From the NCBI GenBank assembly GCA_965178125.1, contig OZ237747.1, forward strand, positions 868,001 through 932,000: DNA of 64,000 bases, in the 5' to 3' direction. The position numbers were made by a program, and so were the translations under genes. The DNA comes from Bilabrum cf. latius. Taxonomy: Eukaryota. How positions within the stretch are numbered: position 1 is the first letter of the stretch; each line of letters starts with the position of its first letter. The notes beneath the pieces were generated by a model that worked only from the letters and a program-made list of their open reading frames with translations, made no database searches and was not told where the DNA came from. Below, piece by piece: positions 11,168 through 21,695 of this stretch.

Positions 11168-14100
11168 TCATACGTATGCCGCAGGCCTGATTACGTTATT
11201 CAGGTTTGCAGAGCCATTTTTGGGATACTCCTCTCTTCCATTTCGAGGGACCGTAGCGGGCCGGTACTTGAGCTCCAGAAGCTCCGCGACACAACCCGTG
11301 AGCAACAGCTTCAAGCCATTGAGGGTCGACATGACCAGAGCAACAACTACGAACGCTGAGCGGTTTTTCGTTCGGGTGACCAGCACCAGCTGCACTGCGA
11401 GCTGCCCCACGTCCCCCAGCAGCTGCACGGTGCTATACTTGGCGATAGTGCGCCTCATGTTGTCTTGGTCCTTGTTTGAGCCCTTGAACAGGCTCAAGGC
11501 ATCCATGCCCAATAGTCCGCTGACCAGTAGATCCATAGAACTCACGCCAAAAACGCCCGTGATACACACGATCGCAATGACACCCCACCCGCTGCGCATA
11601 GACCTGAGGGTGGCATCACATGGGACCCCTTGCTAGTTGGCCCCGTTCGCAATGTGATCTGCATCCCTGACTACCAAGTAGCAGCATATTGCGTTGGCCA
11701 GCGTCGAAATGCAGAGAATTGCCAGGCTCACGCTTGCTATGGCACCGCTCTTGCAGCCATCCTGTGCACCTTGCAGGAGCTGCGACACGAGCCCAATATC
11801 AGTGAAGACGTCCGCAAGCTGCATGCCCAGCACCGCCAGTGACCACGCGGCTAAACTTGGCATGATCTCTGGAAGAACGAACCACGCGACGCCCGCCACG
11901 AGAAGTAGCATGCCAAACATTGACATCCCAAAGATGGTGAAGACGCTGTGCTTATCGTACCTGTCCGGGCATTCCTCCCCGCGGATCACCCAAGTCGCGG
12001 CCCCGCCAGGCCCCTTGCACCCGCACCAGTCAACCCACGGCAAGTTGGCGGCATCGAATACCAGACCCGTGACCTCATCTTTCGCGATCGACATGCCTGT
12101 CCAATTGCCCCACTGGGCCCCGGCTCGCTGCAGCTCCTACCGCAACAGTCGTACCACGCCGTCGGATGTAACGTAACTCTCGCTACGATGTTGTTGTTTT
12201 TGCTGATTATAATCGTGCCTGTCCATGGGATTCACACGGATCAGCACCAGGACCCCCCTATGTCCGCCGTTGTTGTCTGGATGTACCTCGTTCTGCTCAA
12301 CTAGTAGCCGGTCCATGATTTCTGAGGACAAGCTCGTGATGGAGCGTATTGCCACCATGAATTTTCTCAAAAAAAGAGGCGGATCTTGCTAGTACTGCAC
12401 CCATGGGTCCTAGGCCTGCAGTGCACGTCCAAGCAGCCGGCGCCTCTGTGTCTGCTGCTACTCGCCCTACTCAAGGGCATCCGGGTGCAACAGACGCACC
12501 ACGCACCAGTCGGGCTCGGTCTCACTGAGGACCTGGACTGGGAGGGCGGTTCCTGAGGGGGATGCGGTCGGTGTGGGCCTGGCTGTGGTTGATGCTGTAA
12601 CCGATGGGGTGGTGCTGGCCGACGTAGAGCTGGATGGCGTGGGGCTGGCCGTCGTAGAGCTGGATGGCGTGGGGCTGGCCGTCGCAGAGCTGGATGGCGT
12701 GGGGCTGGCCGTCGTTGATGCTGTAACCGATGGTGTGGTGCTGGCCGTCGTTGATGCTGTAACCGATGGTGTGGTACTGGCCGTCGTTGATGCTGTAACC
12801 GATGGTGTGGGTGAGGAACTTGGAGAAGGGCTAGGAGACGGTGTCGGTCGCAGGTCGTTCGCGAGTAAAACCCACACTGATCCTGCATCAGGGTCTGAGT
12901 CATCATCTTTACGGGCCCCTACAGCCATGTCTACTACCCCGTCTCCGTCCAGATCCCCCATCGATGCCACAGACCTACCAAAGTGGTCATTATAGGTAAG
13001 CTGCCCAGTGAAGCCGCCTTGCGTGTCCGATATCTTCAGATGCGACTTCACCGTTCCATCGGGTCGCAGGAACAGCACCCACAATGCCCCATCACCATCG
13101 TACGGAGCCCCCACAGCCATGTCCACCACCCCGTCTCCATTCAGGTCCCCCAGCGATGCCACAGAATTGCCAAAGTAGTCGTAGTTGTCCAGCCGCCCTG
13201 TGAAGCAGCCCTGCGTGTCCGATATCTTTGTATGCGAATCTACGCTCCCGTCGGATTACAGGAACAGCACCCAAACTGCTCCTCTATTAGAACCACCGTT
13301 ATCGTCATGATCTGCACCCACAGCCATGTCCACTACCCCGTCTATGTTCAGGTCCCCCAGCGATGCTACAGATTTTCCGAAAAAGTCCTATCTGTCTAGC
13401 ACCCCCGTGAAGCCGCCCTGCGTGTCCGATATCTTCGAGTGCTACTTCACCGTCCCATCGGACTTCAGGAACAGCACCCACACGGACCCGACACCAACGC
13501 CCCCATCGTTATCTGCGGGTGCCCCAACGGCTATATCCACCACTCCATCTCCATCCAGATCCCCAAGCGATACCATGGAGTAGCCAAACCAGTCATACGT
13601 GCTCAGCTGCCCCGTGAAGTCGCCCTTGTAATCCGAAATTTTCGTGTGTGATTGAACCGTTCCATCCGAGTCCAGAAACAGCACCCACACCGACCCAGTT
13701 CTGGCGCCTCCGTCGTCATCTCCACTCGCCCCCACAGCCATGTCCACCACCCCGTCTCCATTCAGGTCCCCCAGCGATGCCACAGAACTGCCGAAAAAGT
13801 CATAGCTATCCAGCACCCCCGTGAAGCCGCCCTGCGTGTCCGATATCTTCGAGTGCGACTTAACGCTCCCGTCGGATTGCAGGAACAGCACCCACACCGC
13901 CCCTCGTCTGTCAGACCCGTCATCATCGTGTGGAGCCCCCACGGCCATGTCTACCACTCCGTCTTTATCCAGGTCTCCCAGTAATGCCAAGCAATCACCA
14001 AACCAGTCATCATTGTCCAGCTGCCCCGTGAAGCCGCCCTGCGTGTCCGATATCTTGCTAGCCTCGCGCACCGCAGGTAGCTGCTATCCCGGCTGCTGAT

Positions 14101-14495
14101 TTCCAAGCTGTCGCGCCATACGCATTCCTGTTTCCAGAGATCTAGCCAGCGGCTGAGAATGCCTAGAATCGTTCGAGTGGCTGCGCGCGCAATGCAAACT
14201 AAAACAATCAAATAGTTCACAGCAATGCAAACACGATAGCCGGGCTTGCGTATCATCGGGGACATGGTGCCCGGCGTGTTCTCGTCTCGGATTCTTCTCA
14301 CCCAAGAACGGCAATTTTCCTCGGGTGGAACTAGGCCATCGGCAGGCGAGCCTCAAACCACGCAACAATAAGAACGCTCAGCAGAATTCTTGTGATATGC
14401 CATGTTGCGTGACCCGCCGATCCGAGTGATCGTCGCAGGGACGGAAGCGCGTGTGTGGGCGTGGCGCCTGGCACCTTTCCGAGGGTGGCGTGCAT
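11168..14495 (-). CDS. FG-GAP (integrin-alpha-like) repeat surface protein with Ser/Thr/Pro stalk and multipass C-terminal membrane region; contains one in-frame TAA
   Basis: Six ~61-aa repeats (KISDTQGGFTG...FG...GDL[DN]GDGVVDMAVGA...G[AS]VWVLFL), a PSVTASTTAS stalk and several hydrophobic segments. Fragments 13442..14071, 12467..13162, 12137..12370, 11633..12094 and 11168..11599 share a frame; ends TGA. A hydrophobic leader lies on a predicted first exon. Start codon uncertain. Confidence 0.75.
12580..12812 (-). repeat. Coding minisatellites (36-bp and 30-bp units) encoding a mucin-like Thr/Ser/Pro stalk
   Basis: Plus-strand units ggtgctggccgtcgttgatgctgtaaccgatggtgt (x3) and ggggctggccgtcgtagagctggatggcgt (x3). 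Confidence 0.85.
12860..14060 (-). repeat. Six tandem ~180-bp FG-GAP coding repeats
   Basis: Near-identical nucleotide blocks such as gtgaagccgccctgcgtgtccgatatct and cccacagccatgtccaccaccccgtctcc recur at ~180-bp spacing. Confidence 0.85.
14181..14301 (-). other. Predicted spliceosomal intron (121 bp)
   Basis: GTGAGA...GCGCAG on the minus strand; the phase-2 join links the hydrophobic leader (ILLSVLIVAW) to the FG-GAP frame. Confidence 0.55.
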
Positions 14496-15549
14496 GTGCA
14501 GTGCGCCATTCGATGCGCGAGGATTGTTGCTTTCCATGCACGCTGCTACTTCAATATGCATGGGGCGGGCGGCTTGCGAGCTCATCTAAACTGACTTGTT
14601 GCAGTGCTGTGTGGTCCCAAGAACTAGAATCTGGTACGAGAGATGACCTACACCCACGCCTTTCCATGTGTTCCGGTTATTCCTATGACATCGTGACTTC
14701 CATGAAAGCTTCTTTTAAGACCACAACAAAAAGAATTCAAGACGATCTGTCAGTCCTGAGCTCTTCCACCCCGAATGGAGGCGATTGACTGGAGAAATGC
14801 CAACCTCCACTCTTCGTGGCCTGCCTCTTCCGTTAATCAGATTACGATGTCTAACGCTACAATTCCTCTTCCCACCTACGGACAAGGTGTTGCGGCGTTC
14901 TCCTTCTTCGCAGAGCCATCCTCATCGCACAGACGCTTATCATCTCATTTGACGTCAACAACGAATCAGACTCTGTCTCCTTAATACCAACCCGCAAAAT
15001 CGTATATTCTTCTCGATTTCTGTGGTTGACAGGTCTATTATCGTAAAGCTAAGACGGCTGTGTCAAAACAAGGATATAACTAATTGATTGTAATTGCAAA
15101 TGTTGCATTTGTTGCTGGCCGGCACACGATCCGGTGCTACCCTCTCCGGCCATAGTGCGTGACAGTGACAGGCTGCCCGTCCACCCGGAGCGTACTCCTG
15201 CCAAAATGATGACGCTGGCGCTGGGTGTATACTGATGCCTCAGTATTGCATGGAATAATCGATTCGAATCCTGCAGGGGAGGAGGCATACCGCCTCCAGG
15301 GGCTCCGCATGGTGCGCGGTGCCGAAAGCTAAGGTTCTACATCGAATTGGTCGGAAATTAAATTCTTCATGTACGGTTTGGTTCCACCATGAAGAACACG
15401 GGCGTGCTCCTGACGGTCTCGCGGGCCAGCTGATATTTTGGGGAAAATCCACCAGCCTGAGAACGAACGTTCCAGGCACTGATCAGCGAAGCCGGAAGAC
15501 AGCCAGGGCACTGCCTCGCTGTCTACAAAGTAGCATCCGCAGTCAATAG

Positions 15550-17475
15550 ATGGCAGCAGACGGCAGCCATAAACCGCAAGTTAGTGATGAAGATAGCGAT
15601 GGAGGCGATTGGATCGAAGAGCCTGGGAGCGAAAAGTCGCTCGACCTGCTCGGCGGACAACTGCAACTCTTGCCCGAGGACAACCTTTTGCGGGCTCAGG
15701 ACGAAGCTGGGCTTGAAATCGTGGAGCTTCTCAGTACTCTTGACGTGTTTGATCGGATTCGCTTCATTAATGCTTGCCGTGCAACGATCCAAGAAGCCGG
15801 GTCTGTGGGCAAGGAGGCCGCAGGCATCATTCGCGCAATCGTGGAGGACCCTTCGTCGTTCCAAGGCAAGGACGAGTACATGAAACCTGTAATTGCGGAT
15901 GATCCTATGCTTGAATACATTTCAGAGATGGATGAAGGAGATGAGGATGAAGAGTACCTAGACGGCTCGGTTCCCATCGAAGTAGGCGAGGACGGCTCGG
16001 TCAAAGAATCCCCCAAGGCCGCAGGAAGCGGCGCAGCGAGCGGTGCTGGTGCCGCTGATGCCCCAACTGGTGCCACCGTAGGAAAAGCTTCCGGTCGCAG
16101 CGCCTCCGACCTCCGCGAAGAAGTCTCCGTCCTCCGGGCTGCCCTCGATCGCGCCGAGGAGCAGCTGCACGAGGCAGAGGAGAGGGAGAGCGCGGATGGC
16201 AGCGGAACCTCGACGCTCGGATTGCGCGGCGACAGGCCGACAAGCGACTACTACGAGGGCTACGGCGACTTCGGCATCCACGCCGAGATGCTGCAGGACC
16301 GCGCGAGGACACTGACCTACAAGGCGGCCTTCGACAACCTGGGCAAGTGCGGCTGGCTGGAGGGCAAGGAGGTGCTCGACGTGGGCTGCGGGACGGGCGT
16401 GCTGGCCATGTTTGGGCTCAAGGCAGGGGCAGCCCGTGCAGTCGGCGTGGACAGCAGCCGAACGGTGCACGACGCCATCGCCGTTGCGATGGTGAACGGT
16501 TTCGGGGACGGGACGGAGGGTCCCCTGAGGCTGCTTCGGACTCGGCTCGAGGACATGTCGGCCGCGGATTTGGCCCCTTGCAGAGGGGAGGGAGCGAAGG
16601 AGAAAGGGGGTGTGGACGTGCTGGTGAGCGAGTGGATGGGTTACGCTCTCCTGTTCGAATCCATGCTCACCTCTGTGCTAGTCGCTAGGGACCGCTTCTT
16701 GCGACCAGGAGGGGTCCTGATGCCCGACTCTGCGACCATCTTTATCGAGGGAGTGGGAGACCCCTGCTACTACGAGAAGCACGTTGGGTTCTGGGGAGAT
16801 GTGTACGGTCTCGACATGGGCGGACTGGCTGGGCGTTCTGCAGAGCGACCCCACGTGGGGGTCATCCCCCAGGGGTCCACCGGGACGGAGCGCGTGGTTG
16901 CTCGACGCTTCGACCTGCTCGCCGTGAGGGATTCGGAGCTGGATTTCGAGACGACCTTGCAGCTCAAGCGGCTCTCTGACCGAACCTTCGCGAAGCGACC
17001 GTCGCCGACCTCCCTCCCCTCCAAGGGGGCGGGCGACGGCGACGACAGCGCCGGAGCCGAGTCGGGGCCATCGTCGGAGCAGGCGCACCCGAACGACGTC
17101 ATATTCGGCCTTGTCGTGTCCTTCGACACCGGGTTCGACGCCCGCCCCTTCCACGGGCCCCCAAGCGGATCGGCACCGCCGGCCGATGCGGTTGCAACCG
17201 GGTCGGAGGTTGCAACCGGTGAGGCAAGTGCCCCCGTTGGCTACGAGCCGGTGAACCTGAGCACCCGCCCCGACGAGACGCCGACGCACTGGGCACAGAC
17301 GGTGCTTTGGCTGAAGGAGCCCCTCGAGTGGTCCGAAGTGGGCAGCGACTGCGTGAGCGTGAAGCTGCTGATGACTCGTGTGCCGGACAAGCCGAGAACG
17401 TACAAGGTCAAGGCAAGCATCCTGTCAGAGGCAGCGGGTGCGAGCCTCCGCGAGCAGGACTGGTTGCTTGAATGA
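15550..17475 (+). CDS. PRMT3: Type I protein arginine methyltransferase, PRMT3-like
   Basis: YYEGYGDFGIHAEMLQDRART, VLDVGCGTGVL, double-E loop VSEWMGYALLFESML and THW loop. The N-terminal LDVFDRIRFIN...EYMKPVIADDPML segment resembles PRMT3. Ends TGA TGA; no internal TAG. Confidence 0.9.
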   Translation: MAADGSHKPQVSDEDSDGGDWIEEPGSEKSLDLLGGQLQLLPEDNLLRAQDEAGLEIVELLSTLDVFDRIRFINACRATIQEAGSVGKEAAGIIRAIVEDPSSFQGKDEYMKPVIADDPMLEYISEMDEGDEDEEYLDGSVPIEVGEDGSVKESPKAAGSGAASGAGAADAPTGATVGKASGRSASDLREEVSVLRAALDRAEEQLHEAEERESADGSGTSTLGLRGDRPTSDYYEGYGDFGIHAEMLQDRARTLTYKAAFDNLGKCGWLEGKEVLDVGCGTGVLAMFGLKAGAARAVGVDSSRTVHDAIAVAMVNGFGDGTEGPLRLLRTRLEDMSAADLAPCRGEGAKEKGGVDVLVSEWMGYALLFESMLTSVLVARDRFLRPGGVLMPDSATIFIEGVGDPCYYEKHVGFWGDVYGLDMGGLAGRSAERPHVGVIPQGSTGTERVVARRFDLLAVRDSELDFETTLQLKRLSDRTFAKRPSPTSLPSKGAGDGDDSAGAESGPSSEQAHPNDVIFGLVVSFDTGFDARPFHGPPSGSAPPADAVATGSEVATGEASAPVGYEPVNLSTRPDETPTHWAQTVLWLKEPLEWSEVGSDCVSVKLLMTRVPDKPRTYKVKASILSEAAGASLREQDWLLE

Positions 17476-17520
17476 TGATGCAATAATACCGTCCCATTAT
17501 ATGCGTGGTCCAGGTGCCGA

Positions 17521-17750
17521 GCCCTGGCCTGTTCCCTAGCCTCTCTGACCTCCTCCCGAGCTGCTGCCAGGGTCTGGTCACCACCTGCTGGCCCTCCAGC
17601 CCTTCCAGCTTGGCCTTCATCGCAGCTTCTCGCCGCATGGCCTCTCTATGCCTTGCTTGCAGGGCGCGGTACTCGCCTTCCATCTCGCGCTAGCCCGCAG
17701 ACCGTCCAACTGCAGTCTCGCTCTCTCGCCCACCTTCTCGGCCCGCGCCT
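17521..17750 (-). pseudogene. Inverted, frameshifted ~230-bp duplicate of part of the coiled-coil gene (33309-33534)
   Basis: Encodes MEGEYRALQARHREAMRREAAMKAKLEGLEGQQ, identical to the 32867..33481 ORF, with small indels on both sides. Confidence 0.88.
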
Positions 17751-18041
17751 GTTCGACAGTGGTGCGCTTGTTGGTTTCGCGTGCATCTATCCTCAATTTT
17801 GACCAAGTTGTGTTGTCAATAAGCACGGTGTCTTGGTTGACCTCCTGGCCGCGGGAACGGTTGCAGGAAATTTTAAACAACCTGACCGTGACGAGTGCCT
17901 TGCAATGGGTTGCGTGCCTATCATCATGGTTTACCAGATCTTGACCACCAGTTGTTCGGCGGCTGGATCCAGACAACCTACCTAGACTCTCCAGGTATAG
18001 GTAGCACTAATTTGCGCCTATCTATTCGTCTTAATTTTGGC

Positions 18042-20819
18042 ATGAGCTCGAGCCAGAATGAGACACCGCTCAGCTAGAGGCTCCTGGCCGCCTCAATAAA
18101 CTAGACTGGTAGCTAGCAGGGAAAATGTGAGTCTGATCAGGATATGAACACCACGATGCTGTCACCATGAACTGAAACTTGTTTGGAAAATGCCTACTTG
18201 TATTAAAACATAACTTTTTTCGCAGGCCAAGCAGAAAAAAAAGAGATAGATCATGAGACGGATCGCAAAGATCTCCCCTCTAGCTGCTGCGAAGGATGTT
18301 GGCCGTCGCAGGCGAAGTGCGAGGTTTACTTCTTTGGTGCAGCACTCGCGCTGCAATTTGTAGGTGGTTTGATCATTCTGGCGTTGATGCCTGACTTTCG
18401 GCCAAGCATCGGCTCGTTTATGCTGTTGGGCGCCAGCATTCCATGCCAAATCTATTTCCTGTGGGTGTTTGGCACCCGGTGCACGTGTCCTATGCTTTTT
18501 CGCTGCTGCGTCAGACGCAATGATCAGATGCGGTGCTGCATTGGCTACGTCAGCGAGGCCGAGGGAGCTCTCCTGAACGACTCGGAGCGGGTGCTACTGC
18601 ATGCGATGCTGCAGTCCCCGGAGCAGGCATACGAGCACAGCAAATTGAAGGCAGGCAAGGACACCAAATCGAACGCCGGTGGAGCTTCCCTTAACGATTC
18701 GGTTCGGCTGCCAAAGAGCATTGCTTTTCGCTCGGCCGGCATGGGGCGTCTCCTGCTGAGTCCAGGGATCGTGGCTCTTGGCCTTGTGCTCGGTGGTCCA
18801 TTCGCGGGTTTGGTCGCATTCATTGCAAATCAAGCCTGCATGGAGGCGTACACCAGAATTGTTGCATGGTAGTTGATTCCAGATGGAATGATGCGGTACG
18901 GAGAGTCAGAGTGCCCCGAGCACTTCTGGATTAGCACCTACCGCTCCTCTTCGCCTGTCCTCGTGTGCTTCCTGCTTTTCCTGCCGCTCATTGCCGCGAT
19001 TGCGACTCTTGCCACCCGTGACTGCAAAGGGAGGGGAGCAACAAGCAGCAGTGATGCTGATCAGATTGATCACCAGGCTGAGAGAAGTACTTCAATTCGA
19101 GCAGATGACAAGACTGTGGACGACATTACAGCTGCTAGCCCGTGGGATCTCCAGTTCGTAGCGAAGCGAGACCCATAGCTTGCCTTGGCCAGGTGCATCG
19201 TGATTAAAACGGCGATTGACCTCGAGAAGAAGACCAACAAGGACTCAGCGTTCTCCGACTCGATTCCAGAGTGCGGATGTAGACCTGCTGGCACTAGTGG
19301 TGGATGCGTTGCCAGCCTAGACTGCAAGGGCTGGAAAAGCTTGCTGTGCCAGTTTGGATGGGTGGTGGTTGCCGCTTTAGTGGTTATGTCGTATCCAACC
19401 ATTGCGAGGACAGCCTTCCTCTACAGTCGCACCTGCGAAGGAAAGGCTAGCCAATGCATTGAAGCTGGACCCCCTGTTGGCAAAGACAAGACTTGGGCCT
19501 ACGTGTACTGCACCTACTGCAAGATTGCGATAGACACGACTCCCATTAGTTGGTGGACCGTACGCGAATGGTTTGTCTGCCTTGTGGCAAGCCTGTACGT
19601 GCTGTATCTGCAAATGTCCGTGACCGGCTACTTTGACAATAGAAAGATGTTCCCAAGCCGCAATGCTGCCATTGTCGATGTGCTTAAGGCGCTGCACCAC
19701 CCGGCACACATGCGAGCTCTGGCTGACTGTGTCGCATTCCTGGTTGAGACCGGCACAAGTACTTTTTCTCCTACGAATACGAGTCCCTCAGTAGTCTCCA
19801 CTGGTAGTAGCTCTAATTCGGTTGACAGTACCGGGAGAGAGACGCCCCCAGGCTCTGCCAAGACTACTCCGAGCCTAAATCCCCCTCAGGATCGGATAGC
19901 TCTAGCAGACACGTACGAAGCAAGCGCCTCTGGTATTTCGATACGGCGACCACTGATGGAGGCTATCTTTGCATCCACTAGTGCTTTGGCGGGAGAACAA
20001 GGGTCCTCTACCAGTGAAATCATTAAAAAAGCCCAACGAATATACCTGAACGCTCGCGAGCCAGGGCCGGCACAGGATGGAGAAAGAACTGCATCAGCGG
20101 GTGGTGCCGCTGCAGCTGCGCTCCCATCGGATTCAATAAGACGTGACAATGCCACGGGCAACACCGCATCGCAATCAAGCGCTTTCATTCGCTCGCCCGC
20201 GGCTGCCTAGCTGTACAGCCTGGTCAGCCTGATCGCCCACGAAGACCTGTCTAATGAGACCCATGCTATCACTGCCATGGCTGTTTGGACCGTCCTTGGT
20301 CTGTTTGCCTCTATGGCAGTGATGGGGTTGTGCGTCTACTTCGGCCTACAAGCTATGGGCAACTTCATCATCATGCAAGGGGAAGGAAGCGCAACAACTG
20401 TGATCCTTTGCTTCCTGGTGGCTGTCTTCTTGCAATCCGGACGACACGGCCTGGGCTCGTCCGAAAACCTGACCACAGGCCTTGGTTAGGTGGTTGAGCA
20501 GTGGGCCTCCTTGCACAGCCACTGGCTTGAGCATGACAAGGAGCGAACAGAGGCGGCCACGGGCGCGCGTGCAGCCATGGCGGAGGAAGGCTAGGAGGAT
20601 CGTCAAGAGCTGCGACCCGCCGAGGAGGAGTGGAAGGCTGCAGTCCAGGTGGCCCCGCTGTTCAAGGAGCCACTACCAAACAGCGCCCTCGATCGCGCAT
20701 TTTCGGGGCATGTGTGCGGTTTCAGATTCCCCATGAGAGCTGTGCACCAGCTTCAGAGCGGCGCGCAGGTCACTGGCTTGCTGGCATTTGTCGTCCCTCT
20801 GGTGTTGAAGGTATTCTGA
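18042..20819 (+). CDS. Multipass membrane protein of unknown function; exons 18042-18126 and 18226-20819
   Basis: ORFs 18369..18872, 18873..19178, 19185..20210 and 20277..20489 share a frame and are joined by TAG. Many hydrophobic segments; ends TGA 20817-20819. Confidence 0.75.
18127..18225 (+). other. Predicted spliceosomal intron (99 bp)
   Basis: GTGAGT...TTTTTTCGCAG, AT-rich; the phase-1 join matches the ATG at 18042. Confidence 0.75.
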
Positions 20820-21695
20820 ACGTCCACGCCGGGATACAGTGTTGGTCTACACCAAGCTTATGCATGCAGCGTCGTTGTCTTCTTTGTTAATCCTAACGCC
20901 GTATGGGATTTGGTGTTGATGTCAGAGTGGGGGCGCGGGAACGTCTCGTTGGGTTCCGCTGGCGGTCGCAACCCGGAGGTGCGACCAAGCCAACGGATTG
21001 CTTTGCGATGACGCGCATACCCTCTCTGTGCTCAGGAGAGGGGCGGAGATTGGGTAATTTGTACCCACCCTCTCAACCTCCTCCTCCTCGTCGGAGTAGT
21101 GCACGTGCTCTTCCCAGCCCCGGTCAGTCCGGTCAAGGGTCGCGCACAGGCACAGCTTTATTTTGCCATGTCTGATTGTTTACGAGACTAGGTTGCGCGT
21201 ACACTCTGGCATCATCTACGTTCTCAGCAAGATGAGTGTAGTTGTTTCTTTTGCTCTTTTGGCCAGTGCGGGCCCCAAATTAGCAGAAAAGGTTTGGCGA
21301 TGGCGCGTAGAGCCTTGTGCTACCGCGATCTTGCCCCACGTGCTACCAGTAGATCGTAGCAGTCTGATTCCGGTTTCGTCCACGCGAGCAATCCGAATGG
21401 GTGGAGTCTACCAATCATCATTTAAAAGCAATACAATAACATGGTGGCAATCGTATTCGTGAGAAATAGCCTGTGTTTCATCGATTCAATTGCTATTGCG
21501 TCATTGCAAAGCCCGCATAGCTGGTAGACCTCGACAGGCTCCGTGCCTGCCAGTGCACGCGTGGCCAAACCGCCAACAAGGTCGTTGCTCGCGCCCCTGG
21601 GAAGTCGGCAGTTGCGCAAACACTTGTATCCCAGTCAACAATCAAGTATTTGACTGTAAAGTAGATTTTATGCTACGAGTCATCGATTTTCGTAG

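Noticed and set aside
14600-15500. Short ORFs between the FG-GAP gene and PRMT3
   Set aside because: No motifs or consistent coding frame even with TAG read through; probably a divergent promoter region.
20850-21690. Short ORFs, including the minus-strand SDEEEEVERVG peptide
   Set aside because: Bounded by TAA/TGA with no convincing start or splice model; left unannotated.
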